DNA from: Candidatus Parcubacteria bacterium
Lineage (GTDB): Bacteria > Patescibacteriota > Minisyncoccia > Phycocordibacterales > UBA918
Direction: 5' to 3'
NCBI GenBank assembly: GCA_021731405.1
Contig: JAKFXN010000005.1
Span: 105,892-169,891 of the forward strand
DNA: 64,000 nt
Every line of letters begins with the position of its first letter. Within the stretch, counting starts at the first letter, position 1. A model generated the notes under the pieces. The model saw only the letters and a program-made list of their open reading frames with translations. It had not been told where the DNA came from and ran no database searches. The translations under genes and the position numbers were made by a program. Shown in pieces: positions 1 to 10,492 of this stretch.

Positions 1-3000
1 AACTGGAGAGTTATTTGTGACATCATACAAACGGAAATAGTAGACCGCGTTTACGCGTGCTGCTGCATGTCTAATAGTAAATGAATACTCTTGCGTAGTT
101 TCTGCAAAGTGTACGTGCCCCGTGGCTGCGTTAGGGCCAGTGTTGTGGCGTCCGCACCCAATACCTACCCCCGCCACACAAACATCTCCTCCAGTAAGAA
201 CCTTAGTACTGACTATTTGATTATCAGTCACTACAGCATCTTCGTAACACCAGAGAGAAAGGTCTGTACAGGTGGTTGTTGCAGCAACGTCTATCGGATT
301 AGTGAACGCCACGTCTTCAGAAAACTGTAGTTTAAATTTAATGTCTTCACCCTGTACGTTTCTTCTCTCATTTACATTAATCCGCAATGCAATGGCGTTA
401 CCATTCACTATATTGATAGGGGCAACGTCCTCGTTTGCGAGAGCTGTCAAAGGTGTTTCATTTTCAGAGTCATTGTACCATCGCCAGTTTTGTGTAGCGG
501 GACTAAAGCCAGCCGTCCTGATTTGCGGATAGTTACTATAGGTATCAAGTGGCGAGCCGTCACTATAGACTGCTCTAAAACAATACGTACTTTGTGGCGT
601 TGCACCGTTGTGTTGCAGATACCAATCATATTCAACATCGTCCCCATCATTTACAGGATACGGGTTTACTGCTGAAGGGCTTTCATGAACAAGGACACCA
701 GCTCGATTAGCTATAGAGATAAGGAGTTCTCCTCCGGTTGGAGGGTCGTTTGAAAGCGCTGTCCCGTCAGCAGTTCCAGTTGCTGAAAACCCTCGCCAGA
801 CGGTTCCGCTTGAAGCGTCTCCAACATCAGACCAACTTCCCCCATCTACTGCAGAGCACGTTGAAACACGGGTGGCGTACTGAAGTTTATAATTGAGAAG
901 TCCTGCGGGCATTGTGGCGTTAGCGGTACGAAGAGTCATCCGAATTCTCACCACATCACTCGTCCCAAGGGGTTCATCAGCAATCGTAATAGAAGTATTT
1001 TCTCCTAGGTTTGATGGTCCAGGTGGCCATGGATCAGTTGGGGTAAGGGCATTATTATCTGCGTAGAATCGGTAATAATTTTGTCTAATTGAAAGATCTG
1101 CCACCGGCCACTCGACCAGCTCAACACGGTACTGGAGTGCTGTACCAGTGTTACTTCTCCAAATTTGGTAGGTAGTTGTACTGGTAATAGTAAAACCCGC
1201 CATCGGTCGCGGATAGGTTGTATTGGCTCCTGCACCACTTGAGTTTGCGGAGATAGAGGTATTATTAAGAGCTTCGATTGGCGTAGAGAGTACTACCGAA
1301 AGAGCGAGTGGCGCAGTACCGCCGGTAGTAAGTCCGTTTGAACGTTGTACGACCATCGCTCCCCCACCTGATTCGATGTTTTCTATTACCCACGCCACAG
1401 AAGTTTGCTCAACCGCTACCGTCGCTCCTGATTCAAGCTGGAACGAAACTGCACCAATACTTGAAAGCCACACCTGGTCTCCGAAGTTGACAACGTTAGT
1501 GGTAGCACCAACTCGTCTTTGCGCATGGATAAATGTACGCGCTAAACTATTTACTGCAGTAATAGGTTCTGTCTCTGTGACTCCTGAGGCACTGTAGGTA
1601 TGTGATACTCTTTGCACATTCCAGTTTGGTCCAACAAATTCTACGACCGCATAGCTCACATCAATGGCACTAGCACCGTTGGCAGCTCGCCGTATGATAG
1701 GTGCTTGAAGAGCGGTATTCCACTCAGAAGTAACCTGACTCGCGTAAAAATTTCTTGCTGTATTACGGTTGCTTGAGCCAGTTACAAACACCACCACGTT
1801 ACTGTTATCGCTCACATTTGAAAGTACTGTGCCCGTAGCCACGACCGCTGTCGTATTAAATGCAAGTGTCCCAACTCCACGAACAACCATTTCATTATCT
1901 GTACCAGCGTTTCCTATAAACTCAACAATCTCCCAATCTACCCGGGTGTTGGAAGTAGCAGCGGGGGGTCTGGTAATGGTAAAGCTTGTGCTGATGTTGC
2001 TTGGATTTGAGATGTAAGCCGTAACATCATCAGCGTTTTGCCCGGCGGTGGCTACGTTGTTTCCAGCTCCAGTCTGATGTGAATTTGTGATTCTGACAAA
2101 TGCCCGCGTGCTACTGGCTGGTGCCACATAATCAACTCCGGCAGTGACTGTCGCTGAAGTCCCACTCACCTGCACCGATCCGCGCTGCACTTTAAAATCA
2201 CGTTTTGCAGCAGTGGTAACTTCAGCGTACTGAGAATAAGTGTTAAATGCAGTGCCGTTTGAAGAGGCTCTAAAGCAGTACGTAGTACCAAATGAGGTAA
2301 AACTGGTTGAGGTTAAACTAAACTCGACATCAAGATAGTCTCCAATCGGTATTGTAGTAGTGGAAGTCAACGACTCAGTATCACGAACTCCGCCGTTGGC
2401 GGCAATAAAACTTCCACTACCATTACTTACACCACCATTTGCAATTGAAATGTTGGTGGTTGTCTCACCGTTTGTGAGGAAAGCTGAGTTGTACATGTCC
2501 CAGCCATCTAAAGATGCGTTCACGTCTGTCCATACTGTAGCCATATCACAGGTAGTAATCTTTGGTGCATACTCGACGCGAAAGCGTGTCGGTACACTAG
2601 AAACTGAGCCAGTGTTGGTAATTCCAAGTCGCAGTCTAATCTCTTCATTTTGGGCAAATTCAGTCAAAGGTGTATTTTCGGTTCCTGCTGTTGCGGAAGA
2701 AGCAGTCACTTCAGTGCCGTTGTCAGTGCGCCAGTGGTATCCCAATTGCGTTACTATCGGACCCTGTACCGTAGTCTCACCGCTTATAGTAACCGCGCTT
2801 GAAGGCCCCACACTTGCCCCGCCACTCACGAGCACATCGTCAGCCGGCGAGGTAATTTCCAGATCTATTGTCTCTCCATTTTGAGCAGCATTTGAAACAT
2901 CATATACAACATACAAACAAAGAGCTGAAATAGAGGAGATACTCACGGTGTCTGTAAACACCGCCGTCTCACCCACTCCATCAAAGCCATTTGTGCTTGT

Positions 3001-5601
3001 CGCTCCGTACTGTAGTTCAGTACCACCATATGACACACTGGAGCAATTATATGGAAGTGTAGTATCAAACTCATAGACTAGACGGACATTCTCTATATCA
3101 GTTGCACCGTCAACTGTCCCAAGTTCGCTTATTTCTACAGAGGTTACGTCACGTGTAGTTGCATTCTCAATCACCGCGAAGCCACCGCCGGCGTATACAT
3201 TTGCCTCCAGCACGTCGGCTGTAGCTGTCTGTGTGCCAAAACTTTGGACTGACACGTCAGCCGCAATGGTTGCTTCTGGGTAGTGACTATAGACACTAAG
3301 TGGAGTACCGCTTCGTGTCATTCTAAAACAATATGTTTGACCCTCAGTCGCACTGGTTGACGCCACAATAGAAAACTCTGCCTCTATAAAGGCGTCAATC
3401 GCTAGTGTTACCGAGCCAGTGGTGTTTGTTGTGTCACGTACACCGCCATTGGAGGCCAAAAAAGTGGTTCCGGGTAAATCAGTTATTCCGCCACTTGATG
3501 ATGCAATATTGGTAGTGTTGTTTCCATCAGTTAAATTGGCAGAGTTAGACAATACAAAGTCAGCATCAACTGCCCCTACCGCTTCCCATGATGAAGTATC
3601 TGTACAAGCAGGCGCAGCGAGGCCGTATTCTAGTTGGTAAGTTGATGCAAGAGTTGAGGTTGAGCCCTGATTTGCCACACCAACCCGAATACGCCTCGGT
3701 ACACCAATTGATAAACTATTCAAAGGGGTATTGGGAACTCCAAGCGTCGCGGAAGACGCGGTCACCTCAGTACCATTGTCTGTGCGCCAGTGATATCCAA
3801 ACTGTGTAAGGTTTGGATCCACGATAGTTGTAGTGCCGGCAAGAGCAACGTCAGTATCTGGATAGACAAGAAAGCCACCCGATACGGTTATATCTGTCTC
3901 TGGATCTGCTACTGAAATTTCAATCGTATCACCGTCTCCAGCCGTTACTTCGACATCAAACACAGGGTAAATACACATACTTTGAGTGGGCAAAATAGAG
4001 ACTGGCGCATTGGTAAAACCGGCTACGCCATTGGCGCCTGAGAAGCCGCCACTTACGGTCGAGCCAAACTGCGCCTCACCTCCTGTATAAGATTCACTTA
4101 CACAGTTATAAGGAGCTGAAGTGTCGAATTCGTAAAAAAGTTCAACATTTTTTATATTATTTTGAGCTTGGACGGTTCCACTCTCAGTTATTACGATATT
4201 GCTGACCGTTTGACTTGAAAGCGACTCAAGCATAAATGCGCCCCCGACATAAAATGCATTTGCATCAGTGCGGGTCTGAGCTGTTTGTGTTCCGAGTGTC
4301 GTGAGTCGTATCTCAGGACCTATATCAGCGTTTGTGTCTCCAAAAATATCTTGAGTGCCGACGTTGTTGTACCAACTAGTAAACAAACGGTCATAGGACA
4401 TGATGTTCATATCAACACCATAGAAGTCACCTGCGGCACTATTGAGCGGACCTTGTTCTGCACCCCAACTAGTCATACTGTCAGTAGAACTTCGGTAGTA
4501 TACGTTTGCTGTCGCTGCTGTTCCAATGGTTGTTCTTGCGGTATAGGCTACATAAATATTGCCATTGTTTTGGTCTCTCCCAATTGCCACCTGTAAGAGG
4601 CCTCTCGTGGGATGGTTAGTAATAATATCAGCCGTACTTGACCACGAGCCGCTTGAATAAAGTCTTGTGCGGATGTCGTGGTCAGCAACAGTGAAGGTGT
4701 CATTGTCAGCAGTGTACGCAATGTAGATATCTCCCGTATCAGTATCGATAGTCGCAGCCATTCCAACGTCGTAGGTTGTGTTACGAATAGCTGAAGCATC
4801 TACAATTGTGAATCCAGACCAAATAGAACCATTCCAAGTAGATGAGCGAACCTGACTACCAGTACTGCGGTTTATAAGAAGTATGTTTCCCGCCGAGAGC
4901 GGCATGAGAATGCTCCAGCTATCAGCGTTTCCTTGTGGTGGTGTTCCAACAGCCCCCCAGTTGACTGCTAAGTTACAAGACGAGATACAGGAACGAATAA
5001 CGGTGGCGTTACCATCATCAGCCACAATATATATACGGCCATCAGTTCCTTTGGTAATACTATTTTCGTTTGTCCCAGCCGCATACACAGCGGCTGAACC
5101 AGCTGAAACGTTCACCGCTGTAACCAGAAGAAGTGTGTCGCTCGTAGTATCAAGACGGTTGTAAAAAACGTCGTCATCACCAGTATCAATAGTAGAGATA
5201 TGAATATTGGTACCGGTATCACCTGGAGTCCATTTGTCGTACCACACCGTTATACCAATACAGTCAGTCTGTGTGTCTACGACCACAAAGCTCCCCCACG
5301 TACCGCCACCATTAGTTGTCTTTCGGTAACCACACATTCCGCTACTCGGGGCTGCTCCATAACGGTGAAATTTATACCCGACTTGGTCGTCAATAAAGAC
5401 AGTAGATGCTCCGGACTGAGTGTGCACAGCAGCGGTTGTGTTTGGAGTTGCTTCAATAGTTACTTGAGCCGCCTCTGCTTCATTGGGCCAGAGTAACAAA
5501 ACATTTAAGAGTGTTGTGTTTGACACCTCAGCCAGAAAAGACAGCACTAAAAAGAGTGCTACTATTTTATTACCAATATTAAACAAACCCCGGAAATTCA
5601 T
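1..5601 (-). CDS. Very large secreted repeat protein, partial. The start codon is at 5601-5599 and the 3' end runs off the left window edge. It has a signal peptide and Thr/Ser/Gly-rich propeller-like repeats resembling modules of the giant protein.
   Basis: Manual reverse-complement translation from the ATG at 5601 gives MNFRGLFNIGNKIVALFLVLSFLAEVSNTTLLNVLLLWPNEAEAAQVTIEATPNTTAAVHTQSGAS... with no stop in the first ~250 codons checked. No other minus-strand ORF over 83 aa is listed in 1-5600, which fits one open frame truncated by the window edge. All plus-strand ORFs here look like antisense shadows. Confidence 0.6.
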   Translation of the reverse strand, partial: MNFRGLFNIGNKIVALFLVLSFLAEVSNTTLLNVLLLWPNEAEAAQVTIEATPNTTAAVHTQSGASTVFIDDQVGYKFHRYGAAPSSGMCGYRKTTNGGGTWGSFVVVDTQTDCIGITVWYDKWTPGDTGTNIHISTIDTGDDDVFYNRLDTTSDTLLLVTAVNVSAGSAAVYAAGTNENSITKGTDGRIYIVADDGNATVIRSCISSCNLAVNWGAVGTPPQGNADSWSILMPLSAGNILLINRSTGSQVRSSTWNGSIWSGFTIVDASAIRNTTYDVGMAATIDTDTGDIYIAYTADNDTFTVADHDIRTRLYSSGSWSSTADIITNHPTRGLLQVAIGRDQNNGNIYVAYTARTTIGTAATANVYYRSSTDSMTSWGAEQGPLNSAAGDFYGVDMNIMSYDRLFTSWYNNVGTQDIFGDTNADIGPEIRLTTLGTQTAQTRTDANAFYVGGAFMLESLSSQTVSNIVITESGTVQAQNNIKNVELFYEFDTSAPYNCVSESYTGGEAQFGSTVSGGFSGANGVAGFTNAPVSILPTQSMCIYPVFDVEVTAGDGDTIEISVADPETDITVSGGFLVYPDTDVALAGTTTIVDPNLTQFGYHWRTDNGTEVTASSATLGVPNTPLNSLSIGVPRRIRVGVANQGSTSTLASTYQLEYGLAAPACTDTSSWEAVGAVDADFVLSNSANLTDGNNTTNIASSSGGITDLPGTTFLASNGGVRDTTNTTGSVTLAIDAFIEAEFSIVASTSATEGQTYCFRMTRSGTPLSVYSHYPEATIAADVSVQSFGTQTATADVLEANVYAGGGFAVIENATTRDVTSVEISELGTVDGATDIENVRLVYEFDTTLPYNCSSVSYGGTELQYGATSTNGFDGVGETAVFTDTVSISSISALCLYVVYDVSNAAQNGETIDLEITSPADDVLVSGGASVGPSSAVTISGETTVQGPIVTQLGYHWRTDNGTEVTASSATAGTENTPLTEFAQNEEIRLRLGITNTGSVSSVPTRFRVEYAPKITTCDMATVWTDVNASLDGWDMYNSAFLTNGETTTNISIANGGVSNGSGSFIAANGGVRDTESLTSTTTIPIGDYLDVEFSLTSTSFTSFGTTYCFRASSNGTAFNTYSQYAEVTTAAKRDFKVQRGSVQVSGTSATVTAGVDYVAPASSTRAFVRITNSHQTGAGNNVATAGQNADDVTAYISNPSNISTSFTITRPPAATSNTRVDWEIVEFIGNAGTDNEMVVRGVGTLAFNTTAVVATGTVLSNVSDNSNVVVFVTGSSNRNTARNFYASQVTSEWNTALQAPIIRRAANGASAIDVSYAVVEFVGPNWNVQRVSHTYSASGVTETEPITAVNSLARTFIHAQRRVGATTNVVNFGDQVWLSSIGAVSFQLESGATVAVEQTSVAWVIENIESGGGAMVVQRSNGLTTGGTAPLALSVVLSTPIEALNNTSISANSSGAGANTTYPRPMAGFTITSTTTYQIWRSNTGTALQYRVELVEWPVADLSIRQNYYRFYADNNALTPTDPWPPGPSNLGENTSITIADEPLGTSDVVRIRMTLRTANATMPAGLLNYKLQYATRVSTCSAVDGGSWSDVGDASSGTVWRGFSATGTADGTALSNDPPTGGELLISIANRAGVLVHESPSAVNPYPVNDGDDVEYDWYLQHNGATPQSTYCFRAVYSDGSPLDTYSNYPQIRTAGFSPATQNWRWYNDSENETPLTALANEDVAPINIVNGNAIALRINVNERRNVQGEDIKFKLQFSEDVAFTNPIDVAATTTCTDLSLWCYEDAVVTDNQIVSTKVLTGGDVCVAGVGIGCGRHNTGPNAATGHVHFAETTQEYSFTIRHAAARVNAVYYFRLYDVTNNSPV

Positions 5602-5643
5602 ACCCGATGGCTTTATTGTACACGAAGCTGTTCAAAAAATTGG

Positions 5644-7188
5644 TTATTCTTGCACAACCATTGACGATGAAGATGCTCTATAAGGCTCTATGATGAGGTC
5701 AAACTCGGTTGACGCACTCGTTTCTATATTTTCAAATACTGCTTCTGATTCGAGTAGTGAGGTTAAGTCTAAAGTAAGAGCTTCAGTTGTTGTGGCGGTT
5801 GCAGGTGGCACATTTGCGTTTGCGGTAGAGGTACCTACGCCATCCACTACTTCTTCAACCTCAGATTTGAGGCTTGGCTTACTCTGAATAAGCGCCCTTG
5901 TTTCGCCAGTAGAGTCACTGGCAGGAAGTTCATCGGGAAGGTTCCGAGGTAACGTGTCTAGGTCTATAAACTTACGAGCTAGTACGTCATATCCCTTAGT
6001 AACAATATCTCCATTTGGGTGAAGTGAGTCATAGACAAAAACCATGCGTGGGTTTGAGACAGACATACCATCTGGATCGTCAACAGAAACGTACGTGTCA
6101 TTCTCAATGTCATACATTTCTATAGTCTTTTCACTTGTACCAGTGTAGCGATTCCATACAACGAGTGAGCCGTGAATATACGGCGCGATATTATGGCTAG
6201 AGGTTTTTGTTATCTGAGATTCTGTCTCACCGTCAAATAAAATGATGTTCCACCCTCCATCAATCCAACGCTGCCAAACCGTGTACGAACCTTGCCTGGT
6301 TGGCTCCATGTTGTTTTCGCCTGTTCTGGTGAGTTGTGTCTCTTCTTCTTCCTCAATATCAAAAGATATAATCTGGTAGCGATCGTCAATCAAACGATGC
6401 CACACCAGCGTATTGGTGTTTTGGTCAAAGTATGGAGAAGCGTCGTCCATAGAGTTACTGGTAACCTGTGTCTGTACTCCATCTCGAACCAAAAATATCT
6501 CAAGGTCACCTTCCTCATCAGGAGCAGAAAAAAGGGCGTCATCAAGAACATTTTCTTGTGGCTGATGACAGTAAAAAGAACCGGTAGCGAGTTGTGTACA
6601 TTCGTCTTTATTAAAAGAAAACTCAGAATCACTCTCGGTAACAGACACCATTTCGTGTGTCACATTTGTCTCAAGAAGCACCTCCTCTGTTTCGGGTATT
6701 TCTTCAACTACCACGTCGCCATCTTCCAAAGATTCTTCAGTCTCAACTGGTTCCTCGGTATTTATTGGATCTGTATCATCTTCAGCTGAAGCATCTTCTT
6801 CTGACTCCGGTTCTTGGCTAGCCTCATCATCTTCCGATACAGAATCTCCTTCCTCAACATCAACAGCTTCTTCGGAGGACTCAACCGGAGCCTCTGTCAT
6901 CACATCTTCTTCGAGAGAAATGTTCTCTGGAATATTTTCTTCGAGTTGAATCTCGGAAATAGTCTCGATTTCCTCAATCGTTTCCTCTACGGATACTGTC
7001 TCGTTCGCATAGACTTTTTCAACTCCTTGCACAAAGAATGAGACTACCAGCAAGAAGGACATCAGGAGACTAAAGGTGCTTGAGTATACAAAACGGTACA
7101 AAAATAAATTGTTTTTACAATTAGCAAAATCACCTATCACAGGTGTACTGTAAACTTTTGTATTACTTTTTTGAATTTTTTTACTCAT
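5644..7188 (-). CDS. Secreted/membrane-anchored protein with a long acidic Glu/Asp/Ser stalk followed by propeller-like repeats (LVWHRL / TVWQRW / LVVWNRY). Function unknown.
   Basis: 525-aa ORF in the track. The likely true start is the internal Met (MSKKIQKS...) followed by a hydrophobic signal anchor. The W-containing strand motifs repeat at about 45-aa spacing. Confidence 0.6.
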   Translation of the reverse strand: MSKKIQKSNTKVYSTPVIGDFANCKNNLFLYRFVYSSTFSLLMSFLLVVSFFVQGVEKVYANETVSVEETIEEIETISEIQLEENIPENISLEEDVMTEAPVESSEEAVDVEEGDSVSEDDEASQEPESEEDASAEDDTDPINTEEPVETEESLEDGDVVVEEIPETEEVLLETNVTHEMVSVTESDSEFSFNKDECTQLATGSFYCHQPQENVLDDALFSAPDEEGDLEIFLVRDGVQTQVTSNSMDDASPYFDQNTNTLVWHRLIDDRYQIISFDIEEEEETQLTRTGENNMEPTRQGSYTVWQRWIDGGWNIILFDGETESQITKTSSHNIAPYIHGSLVVWNRYTGTSEKTIEMYDIENDTYVSVDDPDGMSVSNPRMVFVYDSLHPNGDIVTKGYDVLARKFIDLDTLPRNLPDELPASDSTGETRALIQSKPSLKSEVEEVVDGVGTSTANANVPPATATTTEALTLDLTSLLESEAVFENIETSASTEFDLIIEPYRASSSSMVVQE

Positions 7189-7296
7189 CAGTCGCAGCCA
7201 TACGTAGGATAGAGTAAGCAAATCCCATCACTATCTAATAATAGCAATATTTTTCAATCTTTTTTTAACTGTTATCAACAGTAGTTTGAGGAGAAA

Positions 7297-8052
7297 CTAA
7301 GCACCGAAGAACGATTTTGCCAGAATAATTGAGAAATCGACAAAGTTCATTTTTCCATCACTATTGAAATCATGGGTCAGGGTTTTACTATTCCAAGCAA
7401 CCATAAAAGCACTGATGTCTCTCAGGGTTACTTTACCGTCACCATCTATGTCTGCAGTAATATTGACTCCTAGGTTGGCAGAAATAGCGCTTGGGTCTTC
7501 ATCTTGGTCATATATGTAAAAACTTTGCTTTGAGGCGCTACCAGTACCAGAAACAGCAACCGGGGTTCCTCTTCCGTCACCAGCCAAGAGCTGGGCTTCG
7601 CGGACAAAAAATTCTGTGTTGCCACTCACTTTCGCTTGAGCTTTAATGGTGGCAATGAGATGTTCTCCCACAAAGCCTCGTCTAAATGTACCTCCGCCGA
7701 GAGTGATGGTTGATCCTTCAACAATGGGTTCTTGTGTCCAAACTGTTAGCACCGACTGTGCTTTGTCCACTGAAACAACCTCTACTTTATCTGGTGAAAA
7801 ATCAATCGTGATATCGATTGCGTTTACAGGAACATGTGCAGAGGCATAAATATCAATTGAAAAGCGCTCTCCTTCCATCACTGCAGTTTGGGACGGCTCT
7901 AATCGAATATAGGACTTGTCAGTAGAGACGACAGACGCACTCAGGACTGCAAATACACCTAGTACCAGTGGAAACATGTACTTCACTGTCAAACCATCCT
8001 GAACTGGTCTTTCAGGCCTAAATATCCTAAAAAGCGCTTTCAAATAGTTCAT
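7297..8052 (-). CDS. Small secreted protein with an N-terminal cohesin-like beta-sandwich and a C-terminal type-I dockerin (two DxDxDG Ca-binding loops).
   Basis: C-terminus DIDGDGKVTLRDISAFMVAWNS...DFNSDGKMNFVDFSIILAKSF matches the duplicated F-hand dockerin pattern. The N-terminal region is paralogous to the cohesin-like domains of 8762-10489, 10493-11569 and 42786-44360. Confidence 0.65.
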   Translation of the reverse strand: MNYLKALFRIFRPERPVQDGLTVKYMFPLVLGVFAVLSASVVSTDKSYIRLEPSQTAVMEGERFSIDIYASAHVPVNAIDITIDFSPDKVEVVSVDKAQSVLTVWTQEPIVEGSTITLGGGTFRRGFVGEHLIATIKAQAKVSGNTEFFVREAQLLAGDGRGTPVAVSGTGSASKQSFYIYDQDEDPSAISANLGVNITADIDGDGKVTLRDISAFMVAWNSKTLTHDFNSDGKMNFVDFSIILAKSFFGA

Positions 8053-8708
8053 GGCGTAACAAGAGCAGAGCGAAGTTGTGATGCTTCTGCGGTTGCTGCT
8101 GCGAGTTTTTGTTGAACTACTTGCACCTCAGTCTGAATTGTTGTAATTGTTTCACTTGATGCCGTTTCGCCGTTCATAAGGGCATTTATAATATTGCTTT
8201 GAAGCGCAACTAATGCATAAAATTGTGTACTAATTTCTTTTTCCTTAGCTACCAAACTTTTCCATGAGTCAAGTCGTGCATCTTCGTAGTTTTCTTTGCC
8301 AAGGAGACTTCTTTGTGAGACCCCTTCTTCAAGTAGTGTTACTTTTTGCTCGAGAAGCAAACTCATGACAGCCCTTCGTGTTGCGGGAATTGATCCACAT
8401 TGGTTGAAAAGCTCAGTTAAAGTACGGAGTTCTGCAGTAGTCAGTCCTTTATCTAGTGAGGCAAGGAGTTCGTCGTATTGAAGATTTTTATCACTTGGAC
8501 ATTCGTGGATGATTTCTTTTACATTTGCAAGGACACCGCCACGCCCGATCTCGCGAGCTACTTCCACAGCAGCTGCTTCAGTTTCAATTATCAAAGTATC
8601 GTACGCAGACCGAATATCATGGAGTCTTTTTTCAACCACCAAACTCGAACATATAAAGACTAAAAGAATTCCTACCGCAACTCCGTACACTGTTTGTTTG
8701 TTTTTCAT
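8049..8708 (-). CDS. Hypothetical membrane-anchored protein with an N-terminal TM and a helical ectodomain. Its stop overlaps the downstream gene start by 4 nt.
   Basis: 219-aa ORF with N-terminal hydrophobic segment GVAVGILLVFICSSLVV. The ATGA-type overlap with 7297-8052 suggests translational coupling. Confidence 0.55.
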   Translation of the reverse strand: MKNKQTVYGVAVGILLVFICSSLVVEKRLHDIRSAYDTLIIETEAAAVEVAREIGRGGVLANVKEIIHECPSDKNLQYDELLASLDKGLTTAELRTLTELFNQCGSIPATRRAVMSLLLEQKVTLLEEGVSQRSLLGKENYEDARLDSWKSLVAKEKEISTQFYALVALQSNIINALMNGETASSETITTIQTEVQVVQQKLAAATAEASQLRSALVTP

Positions 8709-8761
8709 ATGTGACTAACTGAATATTAACCGTTCTGACTATGTGTCTATAATAGCTCTTT

Positions 8762-10489
8762 TTATACCAACTGTTCAACGTCATCAACTTCCTTTTCAAC
8801 CCGTGTTTGCGCTCCTTTAAGAGCGCCGCTGAGTGAGACAAACATATCCTCTTCTGCTTTTGAGAGTTTTTTAGTCTTTTTTGCTTGAGTGAGACGCTCT
8901 TGTTCTTGACCCAAGACCTCATGTAGGTGAGCAAATTCACGCGCCAAAATAACAAGAGCTTCTTGTGATTCGGTAGAAACTCTACCTTTAAACCGGCGCA
9001 TGTATGCAACAAGGAACCACATAGATAAAACAAGTAGTACGAGCATTGCTAGAAGCGGAATTACCACTGACAGAATGTTTATGAGGAACGTTCCTATTTG
9101 GACATATCCAGGTTGCTGGACAGCAATTCGTATTGTCTCAGAAGTCTCTGATTGGGCACCAAACTCATCAATTGCTTTTGCCGTAAGTTCGTAGACACCT
9201 TGTGTGAAGGTGCCTTCAGGAATCAAAGTAAAGACTCCCGAGTCGTCAGCTGTGAGATTGTAGAGAGTCGGCTCAGCTCCAATCTTTTGGACACTCACTT
9301 CTACCTGCGCCCGTGGTCTTGTGAGTCCGCGCACTACTGGAATCACTTCTTCATTTATTTCATTTGGATATTCCGTGAATGTTGGCTTATCAAACGCTGA
9401 AAGTGTCAGTGAGAATGAACTTACGGTACTATTTCCAGCTCTATCGAAGGCCTCTACGATAACTGAATGTAGGCCTGGATCAAGTTCCTTCAGCTCAATT
9501 TTCTGCTCATTTTTTTCATCCAAAAATTCATAGGCTTCTTCATTATCAATTTTTATTGCATATCGGTTCACTCCAGAAGCACTGTCTTTCACTTGTACCA
9601 AAAGAGTCTGTTTTGGATTTGAAAGATCAGCTCCTTCTGGTAAGCTCAAGGCGAGTTCAGAGGGTGCTTCTGTATCTACCGCTAACCGATAGTGACTCAC
9701 TCTACCCCACCCGTCTTCATTTCGAAACTGAAGGTGAAAATATGACTCTCCTTCTGGTAAGTCGTTAAGTGTAATGGTAGAAATTGGTGTCTCGTACACG
9801 CGAGTCGGAACTGAACTTGGTGACTCATCAAGCAGCGTTCGTACTGAGGTTACTCCTGCAGGCAGCGTCCATGACAGTACAGCATTCTTTGTTTTATACC
9901 AACCTTCTCTATCGCTGTGTGTACTTGATTCAATTTGCGGAGCTCCTGGAGTATTTGCCGGAGCCACATATTCAACTACCTCGGGTGTTGGAGAGGTGGA
10001 AGGGGCTTGAATAGTGTACGTGCCACCGTTCATACTAGAGAGCACATTGGTACCCATTCCGTCATTTGCCAGCACTGCTCCTCCAGTCAAAGTAACTCTA
10101 GCAGTGCTGGCATTAGTAGTTCTGAAAGTAATATTAAAAACTGTTCCCGATGAACCGGTGTAGCCAGTTGGAAGCCCTCCACTGAAAGTTACCGTGCCAG
10201 CAGAATTTGAAAAACTAGGTTCTGTCACCCAAAGACTAAAAATGGAGTTAGATCTATCAACAGACACCACTGTGACTTCTTGTGGATTAAATTTTATGGT
10301 TCCTTCAGCAGCATTGATAGATTTTCCAGCAGAGTTTACTACTACTCTGGCAGTAAAGGTTGCCCCGGCAGAATACACACCAGTGGCCGGCGACATAGAC
10401 ATCGTGGCAGCAGACGATACTGCAGGCAGCAGCAAACTTAGAAGGGTGATTCCAAAAAATACGTAGGTGTTGCGGAGGGAAAGTGACAT
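8762..10489 (-). CDS. Anchoring-scaffoldin-like surface protein: signal peptide, cohesin-like domain, Ig-like/FN3-like domains, a C-terminal TM helix and a charged coiled-coil cytoplasmic tail.
   Basis: N-terminus MSLSLRNTYVFFGITLLSLLLPAVSSA then ATMSMSPATGVYSAGATFTARVVV...FSLWVTEPSFSNSAGTVTFSGGLP (cohesin-like). TM LINILSVVIPLLAMLVLLVLSMWFLVAY followed by the basic/acidic tail KKLSKAEED...VEKEVDDVEQLV. Confidence 0.65.
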   Translation of the reverse strand: MSLSLRNTYVFFGITLLSLLLPAVSSAATMSMSPATGVYSAGATFTARVVVNSAGKSINAAEGTIKFNPQEVTVVSVDRSNSIFSLWVTEPSFSNSAGTVTFSGGLPTGYTGSSGTVFNITFRTTNASTARVTLTGGAVLANDGMGTNVLSSMNGGTYTIQAPSTSPTPEVVEYVAPANTPGAPQIESSTHSDREGWYKTKNAVLSWTLPAGVTSVRTLLDESPSSVPTRVYETPISTITLNDLPEGESYFHLQFRNEDGWGRVSHYRLAVDTEAPSELALSLPEGADLSNPKQTLLVQVKDSASGVNRYAIKIDNEEAYEFLDEKNEQKIELKELDPGLHSVIVEAFDRAGNSTVSSFSLTLSAFDKPTFTEYPNEINEEVIPVVRGLTRPRAQVEVSVQKIGAEPTLYNLTADDSGVFTLIPEGTFTQGVYELTAKAIDEFGAQSETSETIRIAVQQPGYVQIGTFLINILSVVIPLLAMLVLLVLSMWFLVAYMRRFKGRVSTESQEALVILAREFAHLHEVLGQEQERLTQAKKTKKLSKAEEDMFVSLSGALKGAQTRVEKEVDDVEQLV

Positions 10490-10492
10490 AGG

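Noticed and set aside
6292-6789. 165-aa plus-strand ORF
   Set aside because: Antisense to 5644-7188. The hydrophobic, Phe/Leu-rich translation is typical of a shadow of an acidic coding strand.
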